Source of the DNA: an uncultured Fluviicola sp.
Lineage (GTDB): Bacteria > Bacteroidota > Bacteroidia > Flavobacteriales_D > Crocinitomicaceae
DNA length: 64,000 bases
Assembly (NCBI GenBank): GCA_964383785.1
Contig: CAYLJB010000003.1
Coordinates: forward strand, 858 to 64,857
Direction: 5' to 3'
A program made the position numbers and the translations under genes. Positions 12,301 through 22,444 of the stretch are shown here, piece by piece. The stretch's first letter is position 1, and every line of letters begins with the position of its first letter. Below the pieces are notes generated by a model that was not told the DNA's origin, made no database searches, and worked only from the letters and a program-made list of their open reading frames with translations.

Positions 12301-14010
12301 ATTCAATTCCTCAATGCGTTCATGGATCCTGATGTGCTTTCGGATATCAAAGGATTGGTGAAGGGAGAACTTACCGTGAAGGGAAGAACCGAAAATCCGA
12401 ACATTAATGGTCGCTTAAGTTTACAAAATGGAAATGTAAAGGTTGGCCTTCTTGGTGTGAATTATAAGGTCACAAAAGGTCCTATCCGTTTTGATGGCGA
12501 CAACAGCGGTATCTACGCTGAATTACCTGTTAAGGATGAAGAAGGAAACGATGCCTACATATTCGCCCAAGCTTTCCATACAAATTTTGAAAATTGGAAT
12601 ATGGATTTGGACTTCGTTTTTGATGAACGGGTTCGAAAGTTTGGAGCTCCACAAAATCGTTTGTTAGTCTTGAATACAAAGTATAAGCCTGGAGATGTTT
12701 ACTACGGGAAAGCTTACGCAACTGGTTCTGCTAACATCAATATTCAAGAAAATTTAACGTCCATCACAGTTACTGCTCGTACAGAAAGAGGAACAAAAGT
12801 AGATTTGCCAATGTACGGAAGTGGGGAACTCTCCGAATTTGATTTCATCAGTTTTGATCAGGATACTTTAAAAAATTCAACCAGTAAAGTCAACCTGACG
12901 GGAATCGACCTAAACATGAACATCATTCCAACGACCGATGCGGAGGTTCGATTGATCTTCAACGAAAAAACGGAAGACTTGATGATCGCAAATGGTCAGG
13001 GAGATTTGAACATCACCGCAGATAATTTTGGAAATATCTTCATGTCCGGGCAGTATATGATTAACTCCGGGAAATACAATTTCGTTTTTAACCCGATTCG
13101 TGAGGAGTTCTTCTTGAAAAATGGTGGTACTATCACTTGGACTGGAAATCCTTACGATGCCAATTTGAATATTTCGGCTTATACTCCGGTGAATGCCAGT
13201 TTGGACCAGTTGACCGGTGGTGTTGTGGGAGGTACTACTTCGGATAACAATTCAATCGTTCATTGTATTTTGAATGTTACGAATACGTTGAATGATCCTT
13301 ACATCGGATTAGATATTGATGCCCCGAATGCTACAGAGGCAGGAAAAAGTGCTTTGAATAGAGCTAAATCCTCTAAGGATGATTTGCAAAGACAATTCTT
13401 TTCGTTACTGGTAATGAAGAAATTCATTCCGATAAACGGAGGATTGGGAGTTGGCACCGGTGGGATCGGAGATTTGGTGTCTGAACAGTTGAATGCTATT
13501 TTGGATAAAATGTCTTCAGATGTGAAGTTCCGCGTTGGTTATTCAGAAATGACTTCGGTGAACCAGGGATCAATGACGGTTGGTATGCAGTCAGCTCTCG
13601 GTGAAAAACAAAACATAATTGTTAAGGGAACCTTTGGAGTCGCCAACACACAGGGTGCGCAAGCAAATACAACTTCAAGTTCTTTGATTGGTGACATGAG
13701 TATCGAGTACCTGATTAATGAAGAAGGAACATTTCGAGCAACAGTTGCAAATGAATCCAATAAGAAAGGGGTATTAACCGAAAGTGACCGTGGTGAATTC
13801 TCGCAGGTGGTCGGGGTGTATTATCAGGAAGAATTCAATAAAACGAGTGATTCTAAGATAGTCAATTTCATTACTGATCCGTTCAATCGGAAGAAAAAAC
13901 GACCAGGTAAAAAGGGAAAGAAAGTACCATTGCCTCAAGAGCAGCCTGTAACGGTACCAGAAACACCAGTTGTTTCTCCTCCTGACCCTGCGAAGACTGA
14001 ATCGAATTAA
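9385..14010 (+). CDS. tamB: Translocation/assembly module TamB-domain (AsmA-like) protein
   Basis: 1541 aa; N-terminal TM anchor; beta-taco-like repeats; C-terminal GGTITWTGNPYDANLNI and GVYYQEEF (DUF490-like). Confidence 0.85.
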   Translation: MAKILKIVSRLIGMLIEWIIVLVILFAFAIRSSQFQTFLGSIATDYLSEELDTEMRIGKIDIQFLDKLLLKDVFVKDQYGDTLASLDLIQVTVESINLSGNAITLSNVQLHDGRVGISRDSITGDYNYFFITDYFDSGKKSTKKKEPIALTIKSLDIESVDISYDDNRKGYSEYGMDYDHLFFDEVEMHAKQFKVGDGTFAFYLQHLSTTEKCGFRLRRLISNCFIDQDRGIFLTGVKIQTPTTTIYSHKFNMKMSDLQGLQEFEDSVTFDAVIDSSHVNLRDVAYFATALEGMSDRIAVSGELHRKVKNLAINDVDLRFGSRSVVRGDFYLPDFRKIKGSAFQESVSYALVDLDDLTRLKLPKDMGSGKIILDPMIARLGYVEIKRSDIRGTTDRFVVQSKVMTSALGSVSVNNGVTFNALEKGGYAFKRTMNSKYDVYVDSFQLGKFIDNSLFGKVTGAVFLSGVVGQKDVIRIEELSGDIQSLQFNKYAYTNIDVANGSLRNNVFAAKIDIDDPHLKLSYNGTIDLRKDHHYVFDVDIPQADLGKLNWTKDPNSKLSTTLTMDMHGSGLSSYAGKIDIEQLNYQEKKKTIEVPSLVFDVKRLPQTDIFTIKSNVADIELVGKINPNTILGSLQNCMAQLLPAYFEYREFSKKKPVQDHFELKVDVKEAADFLAIFLPDVSIAKGTELVGAFDGRTGDQSLDIQSSELAYTEVDLEDSTNTFKKYLTDFSLVQTKKNHQVTCQINASHAQWNDSIYAEEFDCEITGDSASLTTRLGWNDKYPNPAEINFLTQFKRDSSIRMLIKPSFFTIKKQMWEIMNTAELVYASDRVLIDHLVVERDVQFLAINGVLSNDPKDVISIFANDLHIEEFIPLVDPELDMAGRLNGTVRLSTPFTNIGIDGDLSAKQVYINKQEIGDINLGGNWNDEIDGFFLQGNLNYLQQKTFDFGGHFYPYRDEENLDFRLNFREMDIQFLNAFMDPDVLSDIKGLVKGELTVKGRTENPNINGRLSLQNGNVKVGLLGVNYKVTKGPIRFDGDNSGIYAELPVKDEEGNDAYIFAQAFHTNFENWNMDLDFVFDERVRKFGAPQNRLLVLNTKYKPGDVYYGKAYATGSANINIQENLTSITVTARTERGTKVDLPMYGSGELSEFDFISFDQDTLKNSTSKVNLTGIDLNMNIIPTTDAEVRLIFNEKTEDLMIANGQGDLNITADNFGNIFMSGQYMINSGKYNFVFNPIREEFFLKNGGTITWTGNPYDANLNISAYTPVNASLDQLTGGVVGGTTSDNNSIVHCILNVTNTLNDPYIGLDIDAPNATEAGKSALNRAKSSKDDLQRQFFSLLVMKKFIPINGGLGVGTGGIGDLVSEQLNAILDKMSSDVKFRVGYSEMTSVNQGSMTVGMQSALGEKQNIIVKGTFGVANTQGAQANTTSSSLIGDMSIEYLINEEGTFRATVANESNKKGVLTESDRGEFSQVVGVYYQEEFNKTSDSKIVNFITDPFNRKKKRPGKKGKKVPLPQEQPVTVPETPVVSPPDPAKTESN

Positions 14011-14124
14011 GAAAAAGGTAGATTTTCCCGTCTCATGTCATTTGGACAAATCGTTAATAAAAAGTGAGAATTCCTATATCGGCAACGAAGAGGATTCGCT
14101 AATTTTAGCCCATAAATAAATCAG

Positions 14125-15609
14125 ATGAAAAAAGTACTTGTTGCAAACCGTGGTGAAATTGCGCGTCGTGTTATTCGCTCTTTGAAGAAAATGAATATCG
14201 CAACGGTTGCGATATATTCAGATGCAGATGCTATGGCTCCACATGTTTTGGAAGCAGATGAAGCCGTTTACGTAGGTAAATCACCTTCTTCTGAATCGTA
14301 TTTGCAGCAAGATCTGATTCTAAAACATTGCAAGGATTTGGGTGTAGAAGGGATTCATCCAGGTTACGGTTTTTTATCTGAGAATGCCGGATTTGCACGC
14401 AAAGTGAAGGATGCCGGGATTAAATTTATCGGGCCGTCACCTGAAGCAATGGAGATCATGGGTGATAAATTGTCGGCTAAACAAGCTGTAAAACACTACA
14501 ATGTTCCCCTTGTACCGGGGGTTGACGAAGCTATCACAGACGTGAATGCTGCTAAAAAGATCGCTGCAGAAGTTGGTTTTCCTGTATTGATCAAAGCTTC
14601 AGCCGGAGGTGGAGGAAAAGGAATGCGTTTGGTAAATAACGTAGAGGAATTCGAGGAGCAAATGCAGTTGGCACAGAGCGAAGCGCGTTCTTCCTTTGGT
14701 GATGATGCAGTTTTCATTGAAAAGTTTGTTACAAAACCACGGCACATCGAGATTCAGGTTTTTGCGGATCAATTGGGCAATACAGTTTACTTATTTGAGC
14801 GTGAATGTTCCATTCAACGACGTCACCAAAAAGTGATCGAAGAGGCTCCATCTGCAGTTCTGACACCAGAATTGCGCAAGCAAATGGGGGAGGCTGCAGT
14901 AAACGTTTGTAAAGCTTGTAATTACGAAGGAGCAGGAACAGTTGAATTCTTGTTGGATGCTGATCTGAATTTCTACTTCTTGGAAATGAATACACGCCTT
15001 CAGGTGGAGCATCCGGTGACGGAAGAGATCACAGGAACAGATTTGGTAGAATGGCAAGTTCGCGTGGCACGTGGAGAACGTTTACCGAAATTACAAGATG
15101 AATTGGAGATCAACGGGCATGCTATTGAGGTTCGTGTATACGCAGAGGATACTTTGAACGGATTCATTCCGGATATTGGAACTTTGAATCGATACAAACG
15201 ACCAAGAAAAGATCTGGCACGTGTGGACGACGCATTCGAAGAAGGAATGGAAGTTCCGATCTATTACGATCCGATGATTGCGAAGTTGGTTGTTTGGGCC
15301 CCGACACGCGAAGAAGCGATGGATAAAATGGTTTCAGCGATCAATGAATATCAAATCTCAGGTGTGAAAACTACGCTAGATTTTGGTAAATATGTGATGA
15401 AGCATCCTGCATTCAGATCAGGTGATTTCGACACGAATTTTATCAAGCATTATTTCTCGGATCCGAACACGATGTGGGAGTCTTACGATGAAGAGGCGGC
15501 AGCACTGAAAGCAGGTTTAGGTGATATTTGGAATAAACTTACCCAAATGGCCAATAAAGATGCTGCATCGAAACACATTGCATCGACTTGGAAAATGCAT
15601 GCGCATTAA
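14125..15609 (+). CDS. accC: Acetyl/propionyl-CoA carboxylase, biotin carboxylase subunit
   Basis: ANRGEIA, HPGYGFLSEN, GGGGKGMR, ERECSIQRRHQK, EMNTRLQVEHPVTE. Confidence 0.9.
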   Translation: MKKVLVANRGEIARRVIRSLKKMNIATVAIYSDADAMAPHVLEADEAVYVGKSPSSESYLQQDLILKHCKDLGVEGIHPGYGFLSENAGFARKVKDAGIKFIGPSPEAMEIMGDKLSAKQAVKHYNVPLVPGVDEAITDVNAAKKIAAEVGFPVLIKASAGGGGKGMRLVNNVEEFEEQMQLAQSEARSSFGDDAVFIEKFVTKPRHIEIQVFADQLGNTVYLFERECSIQRRHQKVIEEAPSAVLTPELRKQMGEAAVNVCKACNYEGAGTVEFLLDADLNFYFLEMNTRLQVEHPVTEEITGTDLVEWQVRVARGERLPKLQDELEINGHAIEVRVYAEDTLNGFIPDIGTLNRYKRPRKDLARVDDAFEEGMEVPIYYDPMIAKLVVWAPTREEAMDKMVSAINEYQISGVKTTLDFGKYVMKHPAFRSGDFDTNFIKHYFSDPNTMWESYDEEAAALKAGLGDIWNKLTQMANKDAASKHIASTWKMHAH

Positions 15610-15633
15610 GCGTTGTATATAATCTATCAGAAC

Positions 15634-15659
15634 AGGTCTTCATATGAAGACCTTTTTTT
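15634..15659 (+). terminator. Intrinsic terminator
   Basis: Perfect palindrome AGGTCTTCATATGAAGACCT followed by a T-tract. Confidence 0.8.
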
Positions 15660-15771
15660 GTCTTATTTGAGATCTAAATTCTTTAATACCATCGATTAAT
15701 TTCATGCTTTTATTCGATGTGTTGAACGAATTTATAATTACCTTTAGCGCACTAAAAAATAAAGAGCTGTC

Positions 15772-16983
15772 ATGAACTTACATGAATATCAAGGTAAATC
15801 CATTCTACAAAAGTACGGAGTAGCTGTACAACGTGGAGTTGTAGTGGATAAAGTTGAAGAAGCCGTAGCTGCTGCAAAGAAATTAACAGAAGAAACTGGT
15901 ACCGGTTGGTACGTAGTAAAAGCGCAGATCCACGCAGGTGGTCGCGGTAAAGGTGTTGTTCAGGAAACTGGATCTCACGGAGTAGTTTTGGCAAAAGGAA
16001 TTGACCAAGTTGAGGAGAAAGTAAAAGGTATCCTTGGCGGTCATTTGGAGACAGCTCAAACAAATGGAAAAGGTAAGTTAGTAAATAAAGTGTTGATCGC
16101 TGAGGATGTTTATTATCCAGGTGAGGCGCAAACAGAAGAATTCTACATGTCTGTATTGTTGGATCGTGAAAGAGGTCGTAACATCATCATGTACTCTACA
16201 GAAGGAGGGATGGACATTGAAACTGTTGCGCATGACACGCCACATTTGATTTTCAAAGAGGAGATCGATCCACGTGTAGGTATCCAAGGATTCCAGGCGC
16301 GTAAAATCGCTTTCAATTTGGGATTGTCTGGAGAGGCATTCAAGCAAATGACAAAATTCGTTGTGGCTTTGTACAGTGCTTACGAAGGTTGTGATGCGGC
16401 GATGTTTGAGATCAACCCGGTATTGAAAACTTCAGATAATAAAGTTATTGCGGTAGATGCAAAGGTTACTTTGGATGGAAACGGATTGTACCGTCATCCG
16501 GATTACGCGGCAATGCGTGATACTTCAGAAGAAGATCCAATGGATGTAGAAGCTGGAGAAGCTGGTTTGAACTTCGTTAAATTGGACGGAAACGTTGCTT
16601 GTATGGTAAACGGAGCTGGATTGGCGATGGCTACTATGGATATCATTAAGTATTCAGGTGGTAACCCAGCTAACTTCTTGGATGTTGGTGGTACTGCAGA
16701 TGCTGAGCGCGTTGAGAAAGCTTTCCATATCATCTTGAAGGATCCAAACGTAAAAGCGATCTTGATCAACATCTTTGGTGGGATCGTTCGTTGTGACCGT
16801 GTAGCTCAAGGTGTTGTAGATGCATACAAGAACATTGGAAACATTCCAGTTCCGATCATCGTTCGTTTGCAAGGAACAAATGCTGAGGCAGCGAAGAAGT
16901 TGATCGACGAATCTGGATTGAATGTTCATTCTGCAGTATTGTTGCAAGAAGCAGCAGATAAAGTAAAAGAAGTATTGGCGTAA
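15772..16983 (+). CDS. sucC: Succinate-CoA ligase beta subunit
   Basis: [49 protein letters not shown]. Confidence 0.97.
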   Translation: MNLHEYQGKSILQKYGVAVQRGVVVDKVEEAVAAAKKLTEETGTGWYVVKAQIHAGGRGKGVVQETGSHGVVLAKGIDQVEEKVKGILGGHLETAQTNGKGKLVNKVLIAEDVYYPGEAQTEEFYMSVLLDRERGRNIIMYSTEGGMDIETVAHDTPHLIFKEEIDPRVGIQGFQARKIAFNLGLSGEAFKQMTKFVVALYSAYEGCDAAMFEINPVLKTSDNKVIAVDAKVTLDGNGLYRHPDYAAMRDTSEEDPMDVEAGEAGLNFVKLDGNVACMVNGAGLAMATMDIIKYSGGNPANFLDVGGTADAERVEKAFHIILKDPNVKAILINIFGGIVRCDRVAQGVVDAYKNIGNIPVPIIVRLQGTNAEAAKKLIDESGLNVHSAVLLQEAADKVKEVLA

Positions 16984-17001
16984 GCCGATCAGACAAATAA
17001 G

Positions 17002-17037
17002 AAACCCTCGGTACTTGGTATCGGGGGTTTTGTTTTT
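17002..17037 (+). terminator. Intrinsic terminator
   Basis: AAACCCTCGGTAC-TTG-GTATCGGGGGTTTTGTTTTT. Confidence 0.8.
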
Positions 17038-17089
17038 AAAACTAACATCAAATCCTTTGCTTAAGTTTACTGGTGCAGAAGCTTTTTAA

Positions 17090-17956
17090 ATGATCTTTAC
17101 TCCATTAAATAGAGAATCAATATTACCACTAACTTGTTCCAGGTCGGGCAGTTGTTGTCATGGAAATCGGGTGCGTTTGAATCCGTGGGAATTGCGACTA
17201 TTGGCGGATGCCAAAGGTTTATCCGTTGTGGAGTTTCAAGAATGTTTTACAACAGGCGGTGGAATCTTTTTGCGCTTTGATGGAAAAGCGAATAAATCAG
17301 GACGTAAAGCGTGTAATTTGTATCTCGATGATTCTGGTTGCAGTGTGCATCCTGCTCGCCCTTTAGCTTGTCGGTTATTTCCCTTGGGTCGAGTAATTCA
17401 ACATGGAGAAGCTACTTACATGCATCCGGGAGCTGATTTCCCTTGCCTGTCGGAATGCGCAGAAGTTTTGGATTTGCCAAAAATGTCAGTTGCAAACTAT
17501 TTGTCCGGTCAGGAAACAGCCCAATTCGAACAGGCTCAAGATGCATACATGGAAGTCATGCAAAACCTGGCAGATATTGCGCTAACCTTATTGCTGGATA
17601 CAGGTTTATTGGAACGTGATGAATTTCAAGTTTTGGCTACCTGGAAACAATTGGGAAATACCACTCCGGAGCTACTTTCCTCAAAAATTGGTGAAGCATG
17701 TTTGAAACGCTTGTTGCAACCAAATCTGTCAATGGATCCGCTTGATCCGGGTGACTTCATTCAAGCTCATAATGAACTGTTACTCCAAGATGCTCAAATC
17801 CTGTGTGATCGCTTAACAAGCATGGAAGAAGTTTTTGATGCCTCAAATCAAATGATGGCCATGGCTTTGTTTATGGCACATGCTGTTGGAGCGGATGCTT
17901 CCGGTTTATCTGAATGGTGGGTTCAAATTGCCACGGAAAATGGGGCAGAGCATTGA
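17090..17956 (+). CDS. YkgJ-family (CxxCxxCC) cysteine-cluster protein
   Basis: CSRSGSCC, CNLYL..GCSVHPARPLACRLFP. Confidence 0.8.
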   Translation: MIFTPLNRESILPLTCSRSGSCCHGNRVRLNPWELRLLADAKGLSVVEFQECFTTGGGIFLRFDGKANKSGRKACNLYLDDSGCSVHPARPLACRLFPLGRVIQHGEATYMHPGADFPCLSECAEVLDLPKMSVANYLSGQETAQFEQAQDAYMEVMQNLADIALTLLLDTGLLERDEFQVLATWKQLGNTTPELLSSKIGEACLKRLLQPNLSMDPLDPGDFIQAHNELLLQDAQILCDRLTSMEEVFDASNQMMAMALFMAHAVGADASGLSEWWVQIATENGAEH

Positions 17957-17985
17957 TCTTTAACGAAGAACTCAACTGTATATTA

Positions 17986-18975
17986 TTACCTTCTTCCTCC
18001 CGGTTTTTTCGCGCCACCTTTTGGTTTTCTTGGACCTGAGAAGCTTGGTTTTCCTCCGGGTTTTGAATGATTCGCCATCCGTTTGCGTTCCTTTAGTTGC
18101 GCTTCCTTTAATATGGCCGCATATTCCAGATCCATGGCGGCTTTATCAGGCGAATTTCCGCGTTTCTTAGAAGGTTCCTTTTTCGCTTGTTGCCTGCTTT
18201 GTTCTTTTTCATAGGCTAGCTTGGCCGCTTGATCATTGCGAACAGCCTTTTCACTGTCCTTCCGACTTCCTTCCAAGCTTTTAAACAACAGTTCCAATTC
18301 ATCCGGTTCCAATTCACGGGCTTCACCAACTGCCAAGCCTTTTAGCTCCAAGTGCATAATGCGAATGCGCTTCAAATCGATAACTTCGTAACCAAAATAT
18401 TCACACATCCGTCTGATCTGACGATTCAACCCTTGGATTAAAGTGATGCGAAACATAGTCTGGTTGACCTGTTCTACTTTACATTTTTTAGTCACTTGAC
18501 CCAGGATCGGGACACCTTGTGACATCTTTTCAATGAATTGTGCATTGAAAGGTTTATCCACTGTCACCAAATATTCTTTTTCGTGGTTGTTCCCTGCGCG
18601 CAATATTTGGTTTACAATATCGCCATTACTTGTCAATAGGATCAATCCGGTAGAATCTTTGTCCAAACGACCTATCGGAAAAATGCGTTCGCTGTAGTGG
18701 ATGTAATCAATGATGTTTGTTGGGTCTGTTTTATCTGTGGTACTCGTAACGCCAACGGGTTTATTGAACATCAAATAAACGGCGTCTTTCTTTTCTTTCA
18801 CTTCTACCACCTGTCCGTTCACCATCACTTTGTCGCGCGGTTTTACAACGCTTCCAACTTTGGCAACAGTTCCATTGATCTTCACCATTCCCTTTTCTAT
18901 CAATTGATCTGCTTGTCTGCGAGAACAGAGTCCGCTTTCACTAATGAATTTATTGAGGCGAATGGTGTTAGACAT
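17986..18975 (-). CDS. rluF: 23S rRNA pseudouridine synthase (RluF type)
   Basis: [19 protein letters not shown]4 domain, [19 protein letters not shown]; basic C-terminal tail; likely ATG at 18975. Confidence 0.88.
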   Translation of the reverse strand: MSNTIRLNKFISESGLCSRRQADQLIEKGMVKINGTVAKVGSVVKPRDKVMVNGQVVEVKEKKDAVYLMFNKPVGVTSTTDKTDPTNIIDYIHYSERIFPIGRLDKDSTGLILLTSNGDIVNQILRAGNNHEKEYLVTVDKPFNAQFIEKMSQGVPILGQVTKKCKVEQVNQTMFRITLIQGLNRQIRRMCEYFGYEVIDLKRIRIMHLELKGLAVGEARELEPDELELLFKSLEGSRKDSEKAVRNDQAAKLAYEKEQSRQQAKKEPSKKRGNSPDKAAMDLEYAAILKEAQLKERKRMANHSKPGGKPSFSGPRKPKGGAKKPGGRR

Positions 18976-19216
18976 AATTTCTCTTTTTGCCAAAGATACG
19001 CTTTGATCAGGAATAAAAATGGAATGACGTCATGTGGTTCAAAGGTCTTTCAAACGATTTATTGCCAACAAACACAAATGGGCGTAGCTGTTTCTTGGAC
19101 TTTTGGTGAAAAGTTCTTCAATCTTGACCTGAAGTTCGGTTCTTTTTCTGAATTTTGACTTGAATGATCAGCTTTATGTAATGGTACATTCATTTGATCA
19201 TCAATTGAAACGGGTT

Positions 19217-19663
19217 ATGAAAATTTGGTTTGTCTTGTCTGTGTTTTTTCTAATGTCCGGTTCTTTGTATAGCCAGGATACCCTTGAATTGGTGACTGAA
19301 GAAGAAACGTTACCTTCCATTTATGAGTTGCTGGAAAAAGCAGACAACGTTTATCAAAGTACAGATAGTGTCTTTTTGTATGTGACAAAGAATCCTCATT
19401 TCCCCAAAGAAATTGAAGTGGTGATAGCGAAAGGTTTGGGAACAGAAAATGAGCAAATGGCTCTGTTCATGGCAACTAAAGAAACACAAGCCAGTCAAGT
19501 GGTGATTTACAGACATTCCATGACCGAGCCTGATAAAGATTTTTTATTGCTCAAAGTGAGTCCCGGTAGCGTGATTCTCGATACGCGATTCTTCGCGCAT
19601 GTAAGTGTTGATCTCAGAGAGTTGTGCAAATCGGACAAAATGATCTTTACCAAGGTGCGATAA
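19217..19663 (+). CDS. Hypothetical exported protein
   Basis: Signal peptide MKIWFVLSVFFLMSGSLYSQ from ATG 19217. Confidence 0.6.
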   Translation: MKIWFVLSVFFLMSGSLYSQDTLELVTEEETLPSIYELLEKADNVYQSTDSVFLYVTKNPHFPKEIEVVIAKGLGTENEQMALFMATKETQASQVVIYRHSMTEPDKDFLLLKVSPGSVILDTRFFAHVSVDLRELCKSDKMIFTKVR

Positions 19664-19667
19664 GTCC

Positions 19668-20261
19668 TTAATTGGGTGCGCTACGGCTACAACTACAACA
19701 CTCATAAATTTTATCCTCCCAATTGATACCAAATCGAGCCGTTAAACGGACATTTACGAAGAAATTATGGAAGGATGATCTGAAAAGCAGTTTTCTAGTC
19801 ACCACACAGCCGGCAACAGGTACAAAGCATACTTTGAATTTGTTCTGAGCTGAATCACAAGGACCTCTCCATGAAGCATAGCCGTAAGTTAAAAAAAGCT
19901 GCATGCGTTTTCCAGATGGTGTATGCTTGTACTTTTTGTTAAATCCAAATTTGTATCTGTTTTTGTCCGTCAATTGTCCGTTTTGATAAGTCTTCCAAAC
20001 GCCATGTTTTCGACCATTGAAAATGACCTTCCCGTGTGACGTGATTAGCCCAAGCGAATCGTAATTTGTTTCTTTTCCTTTTCTTAAGAATTTGTCGAAT
20101 TGCACGTACCGTTTCAAACTTCCATTCATGTAATATTCTGTGAGCGAATGATTGTATGAATAGATAGACTGAATCTTTCCGTTTTCATAATAGGTGGTGT
20201 CAGCACTACAATACTGGGTGCTGAATAGAAATACGAGAAGGGCACGCAAGACTTTAACCAT
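19668..20261 (-). CDS. Exported protein with MORN-variant-like repeats
   Basis: Signal peptide; YYENGKI, YYMNGSL, KHGVWKTYQNGQL; C-terminal AGCVV and CCSC. Confidence 0.65.
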   Translation of the reverse strand: MVKVLRALLVFLFSTQYCSADTTYYENGKIQSIYSYNHSLTEYYMNGSLKRYVQFDKFLRKGKETNYDSLGLITSHGKVIFNGRKHGVWKTYQNGQLTDKNRYKFGFNKKYKHTPSGKRMQLFLTYGYASWRGPCDSAQNKFKVCFVPVAGCVVTRKLLFRSSFHNFFVNVRLTARFGINWEDKIYECCSCSRSAPN

Positions 20262-20336
20262 TTCGGATTAATTTGATGGAAGATAATGAAAAGAGCTGAA
20301 GTTGGAGCAAAGTTGTTTCATTTAAACGTTGTTTAA

Positions 20337-20394
20337 TTCGAAATTTGGAATGTTTGAACTTAGCAACTTTGCTAAGTTCGAAAGTTGCAACATT
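20337..20394. repeat. Degenerate 8-mer tandem repeat containing a perfect hairpin
   Basis: ttcgaaat ttggaatg tttgaact tagcaact ttgctaag ttcgaaag ttgcaaca; hairpin GAACTTAGCA-actt-TGCTAAGTTC at 20356-20379. Confidence 0.6.
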
Positions 20395-20440
20395 GAGCTG
20401 AAAATCAAAGAACGCTGTTTGATTTCCTTACATTTGAATT

Positions 20441-21577
20441 ATGAAACAACTTACCTTCTTTTTTTGCCTGATTGCCGGGATAGGGATCGGACAAGCACCT
20501 CAACCTAAATTTGGATTTTACATCCTGAAAAATGGCGAATCAACAGAATACATTCAAGTAGTTGACGATGTGGATGTAGACGGAGAGGAAGCGGGTAATA
20601 TCTACGTCGGAGATGCTGAGGTACTTCAGTTTTTCCGCTACAATTCCGCTGAGAATCGTTTTGAATGTCGACCTGAAGGAGAATTGTCCATGTACCTCAC
20701 ATTTTCAAAGGTTGAAATTCCAGAGATCAAATTGACCAACTTGCGTCTTGAAACTACCACAACTTGGGTTTATTTTGGAACCAATCCGCCGGAAACAGAT
20801 CTGTCTTATGAAGAAGAATACGCAGGAGATTATAGCGAGGATGAAGAAATGTCCAGTTCCGAAGAATTTGAATTTGGAGAGGAAGATCCTTTAATCGTTG
20901 GAAATCCACATCATATTGATAATGTGGAATACTTCAACCCCGAAAGAAGCGAGAATCTTCCTGCGCTGATCACGTTTTGGGAATACCGTTCACAATCCCG
21001 CTTAGTGGAAATTTTCGAGAATGTTGATGCCTTGACTGCAGAGAGGAAAGAGCAGATCGTAGCCGTGGTTGATGTGATGGATAATAATCAAGCCGTAAAA
21101 ACCTATTATGTGATCTATAATGAAAAAGAGCAAACGCATGATTGTTACGACATTAGTAACACCTTGAAAATGCGCATGAAATTTTTTGAAGAATGGCTCT
21201 ACATGGATATCATTGATGTAAAAACGAAAGGAGTTTTCGGTCGTATGAATCAATTGAATTTCGAAAGTCCTGAATTCACACCAAAGGGATCTCGATTATT
21301 AGGTATTTACCACTTGCAAAACGCAACTAATGATCGAATTACATTGGAATCTGATTTTGAGTCAGGAAAAGGGATGTTCTATTTTGAAAACTCTCCATAC
21401 GGTCGTGTATTTAATTTTGATCTAGAAAACATGGGGGATCAAATTGTTTGTAAGGATGAAAACGGTAAGGCCATTTATTCGATCAGCTATCCAAAAGACG
21501 TCGCCGGAGTTTTGGAGTTAAAAGACCTAAAAACAGGAGTTATTGTACGTGGAACCTTCGATTTTGATCAAGAATAG
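20441..21577 (+). CDS. Hypothetical exported protein with an acidic linker and a probable internal repeat
   Basis: Signal peptide; 378-aa ORF; TACATTTG box 5 nt upstream. Confidence 0.7.
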   Translation: MKQLTFFFCLIAGIGIGQAPQPKFGFYILKNGESTEYIQVVDDVDVDGEEAGNIYVGDAEVLQFFRYNSAENRFECRPEGELSMYLTFSKVEIPEIKLTNLRLETTTTWVYFGTNPPETDLSYEEEYAGDYSEDEEMSSSEEFEFGEEDPLIVGNPHHIDNVEYFNPERSENLPALITFWEYRSQSRLVEIFENVDALTAERKEQIVAVVDVMDNNQAVKTYYVIYNEKEQTHDCYDISNTLKMRMKFFEEWLYMDIIDVKTKGVFGRMNQLNFESPEFTPKGSRLLGIYHLQNATNDRITLESDFESGKGMFYFENSPYGRVFNFDLENMGDQIVCKDENGKAIYSISYPKDVAGVLELKDLKTGVIVRGTFDFDQE

Positions 21578-21661
21578 TGGATTCCATTTGTTACTTGGTC
21601 AAGAACTTTGCTCTCGCACAATTTACTACCTTTGCATCTCATGAATTTTCTGAAACCGAAT

Positions 21662-22444
21662 ATGATCAAGTACAAAACAGCCGAAGAGATAGCTATCATG
21701 CGCGATGCAGCGTTGGTAGTAAGCAGAACTCTCGGGAAAATAGCCGAGGTAATCCGACCAGGAATCACTCCCAAGGAATTGGATAAAATGGCTGAAGCAT
21801 ATATCCGTTCTCAAGATGCAATTCCGGGATTTCTGGGTTTGTATGGCTGTCCGAGTACTCTTTTAATCTCGGTGAATGAGCAAGTGGTTCATGGCTTGCC
21901 TACCGATCGTCCTTTGGAAGAAGGTGATATCGTTTCGGTGGATTGTGGCGCTGTTTACAAAGGTTATTATGGCGATCATGCCTATACCTTTGCCATTGGG
22001 AAGATCTCTCCAGAAAAAGAACAATTGTTGAAGGTTACCAAGGAATGTTTGTACCTGGGAATCGAGCAGGCGGTTGTGGGAAATCGTATCGAAGATATCG
22101 GTTGGGCGATTCAAACGCATGCTGAGAAACACGGATACGGCGTTGTACGCGAATTGGTAGGTCACGGATTGGGTAAAACCTTACACGAGGATCCGCAAGT
22201 TCCAAACTATGGTCGTCGTGGTCGTGGTAAGAAGATCATGAACGGATTGACGATCGCTATCGAACCGATGATCAACATGGGGACTGAAAAAGTGGAACAA
22301 TTGGATGACAATTGGACCATTGTCACGGCTGACGGATTACCAAGTGCACATTTCGAACACGACATTGCCGTGGTTGACGGAAAACCGGTGATTCTTTCTA
22401 CGTTCGATTACATCGAAGAAGCGCTGGCAAAACGCAATGACTAG
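21662..22444 (+). CDS. map: Type I methionine aminopeptidase
   Basis: SVNEQVVHGLP, DCGAVYKGYYGD, GHGLG, IEPMIN, SAHFEH. Confidence 0.96.
   Translation: MIKYKTAEEIAIMRDAALVVSRTLGKIAEVIRPGITPKELDKMAEAYIRSQDAIPGFLGLYGCPSTLLISVNEQVVHGLPTDRPLEEGDIVSVDCGAVYKGYYGDHAYTFAIGKISPEKEQLLKVTKECLYLGIEQAVVGNRIEDIGWAIQTHAEKHGYGVVRELVGHGLGKTLHEDPQVPNYGRRGRGKKIMNGLTIAIEPMINMGTEKVEQLDDNWTIVTADGLPSAHFEHDIAVVDGKPVILSTFDYIEEALAKRND

Noticed and set aside
15772-16983. sucC without sucD, grpE-dnaJ without dnaK, pabB without pabA
   Set aside because: Split operons are ordinary in Bacteroidota.
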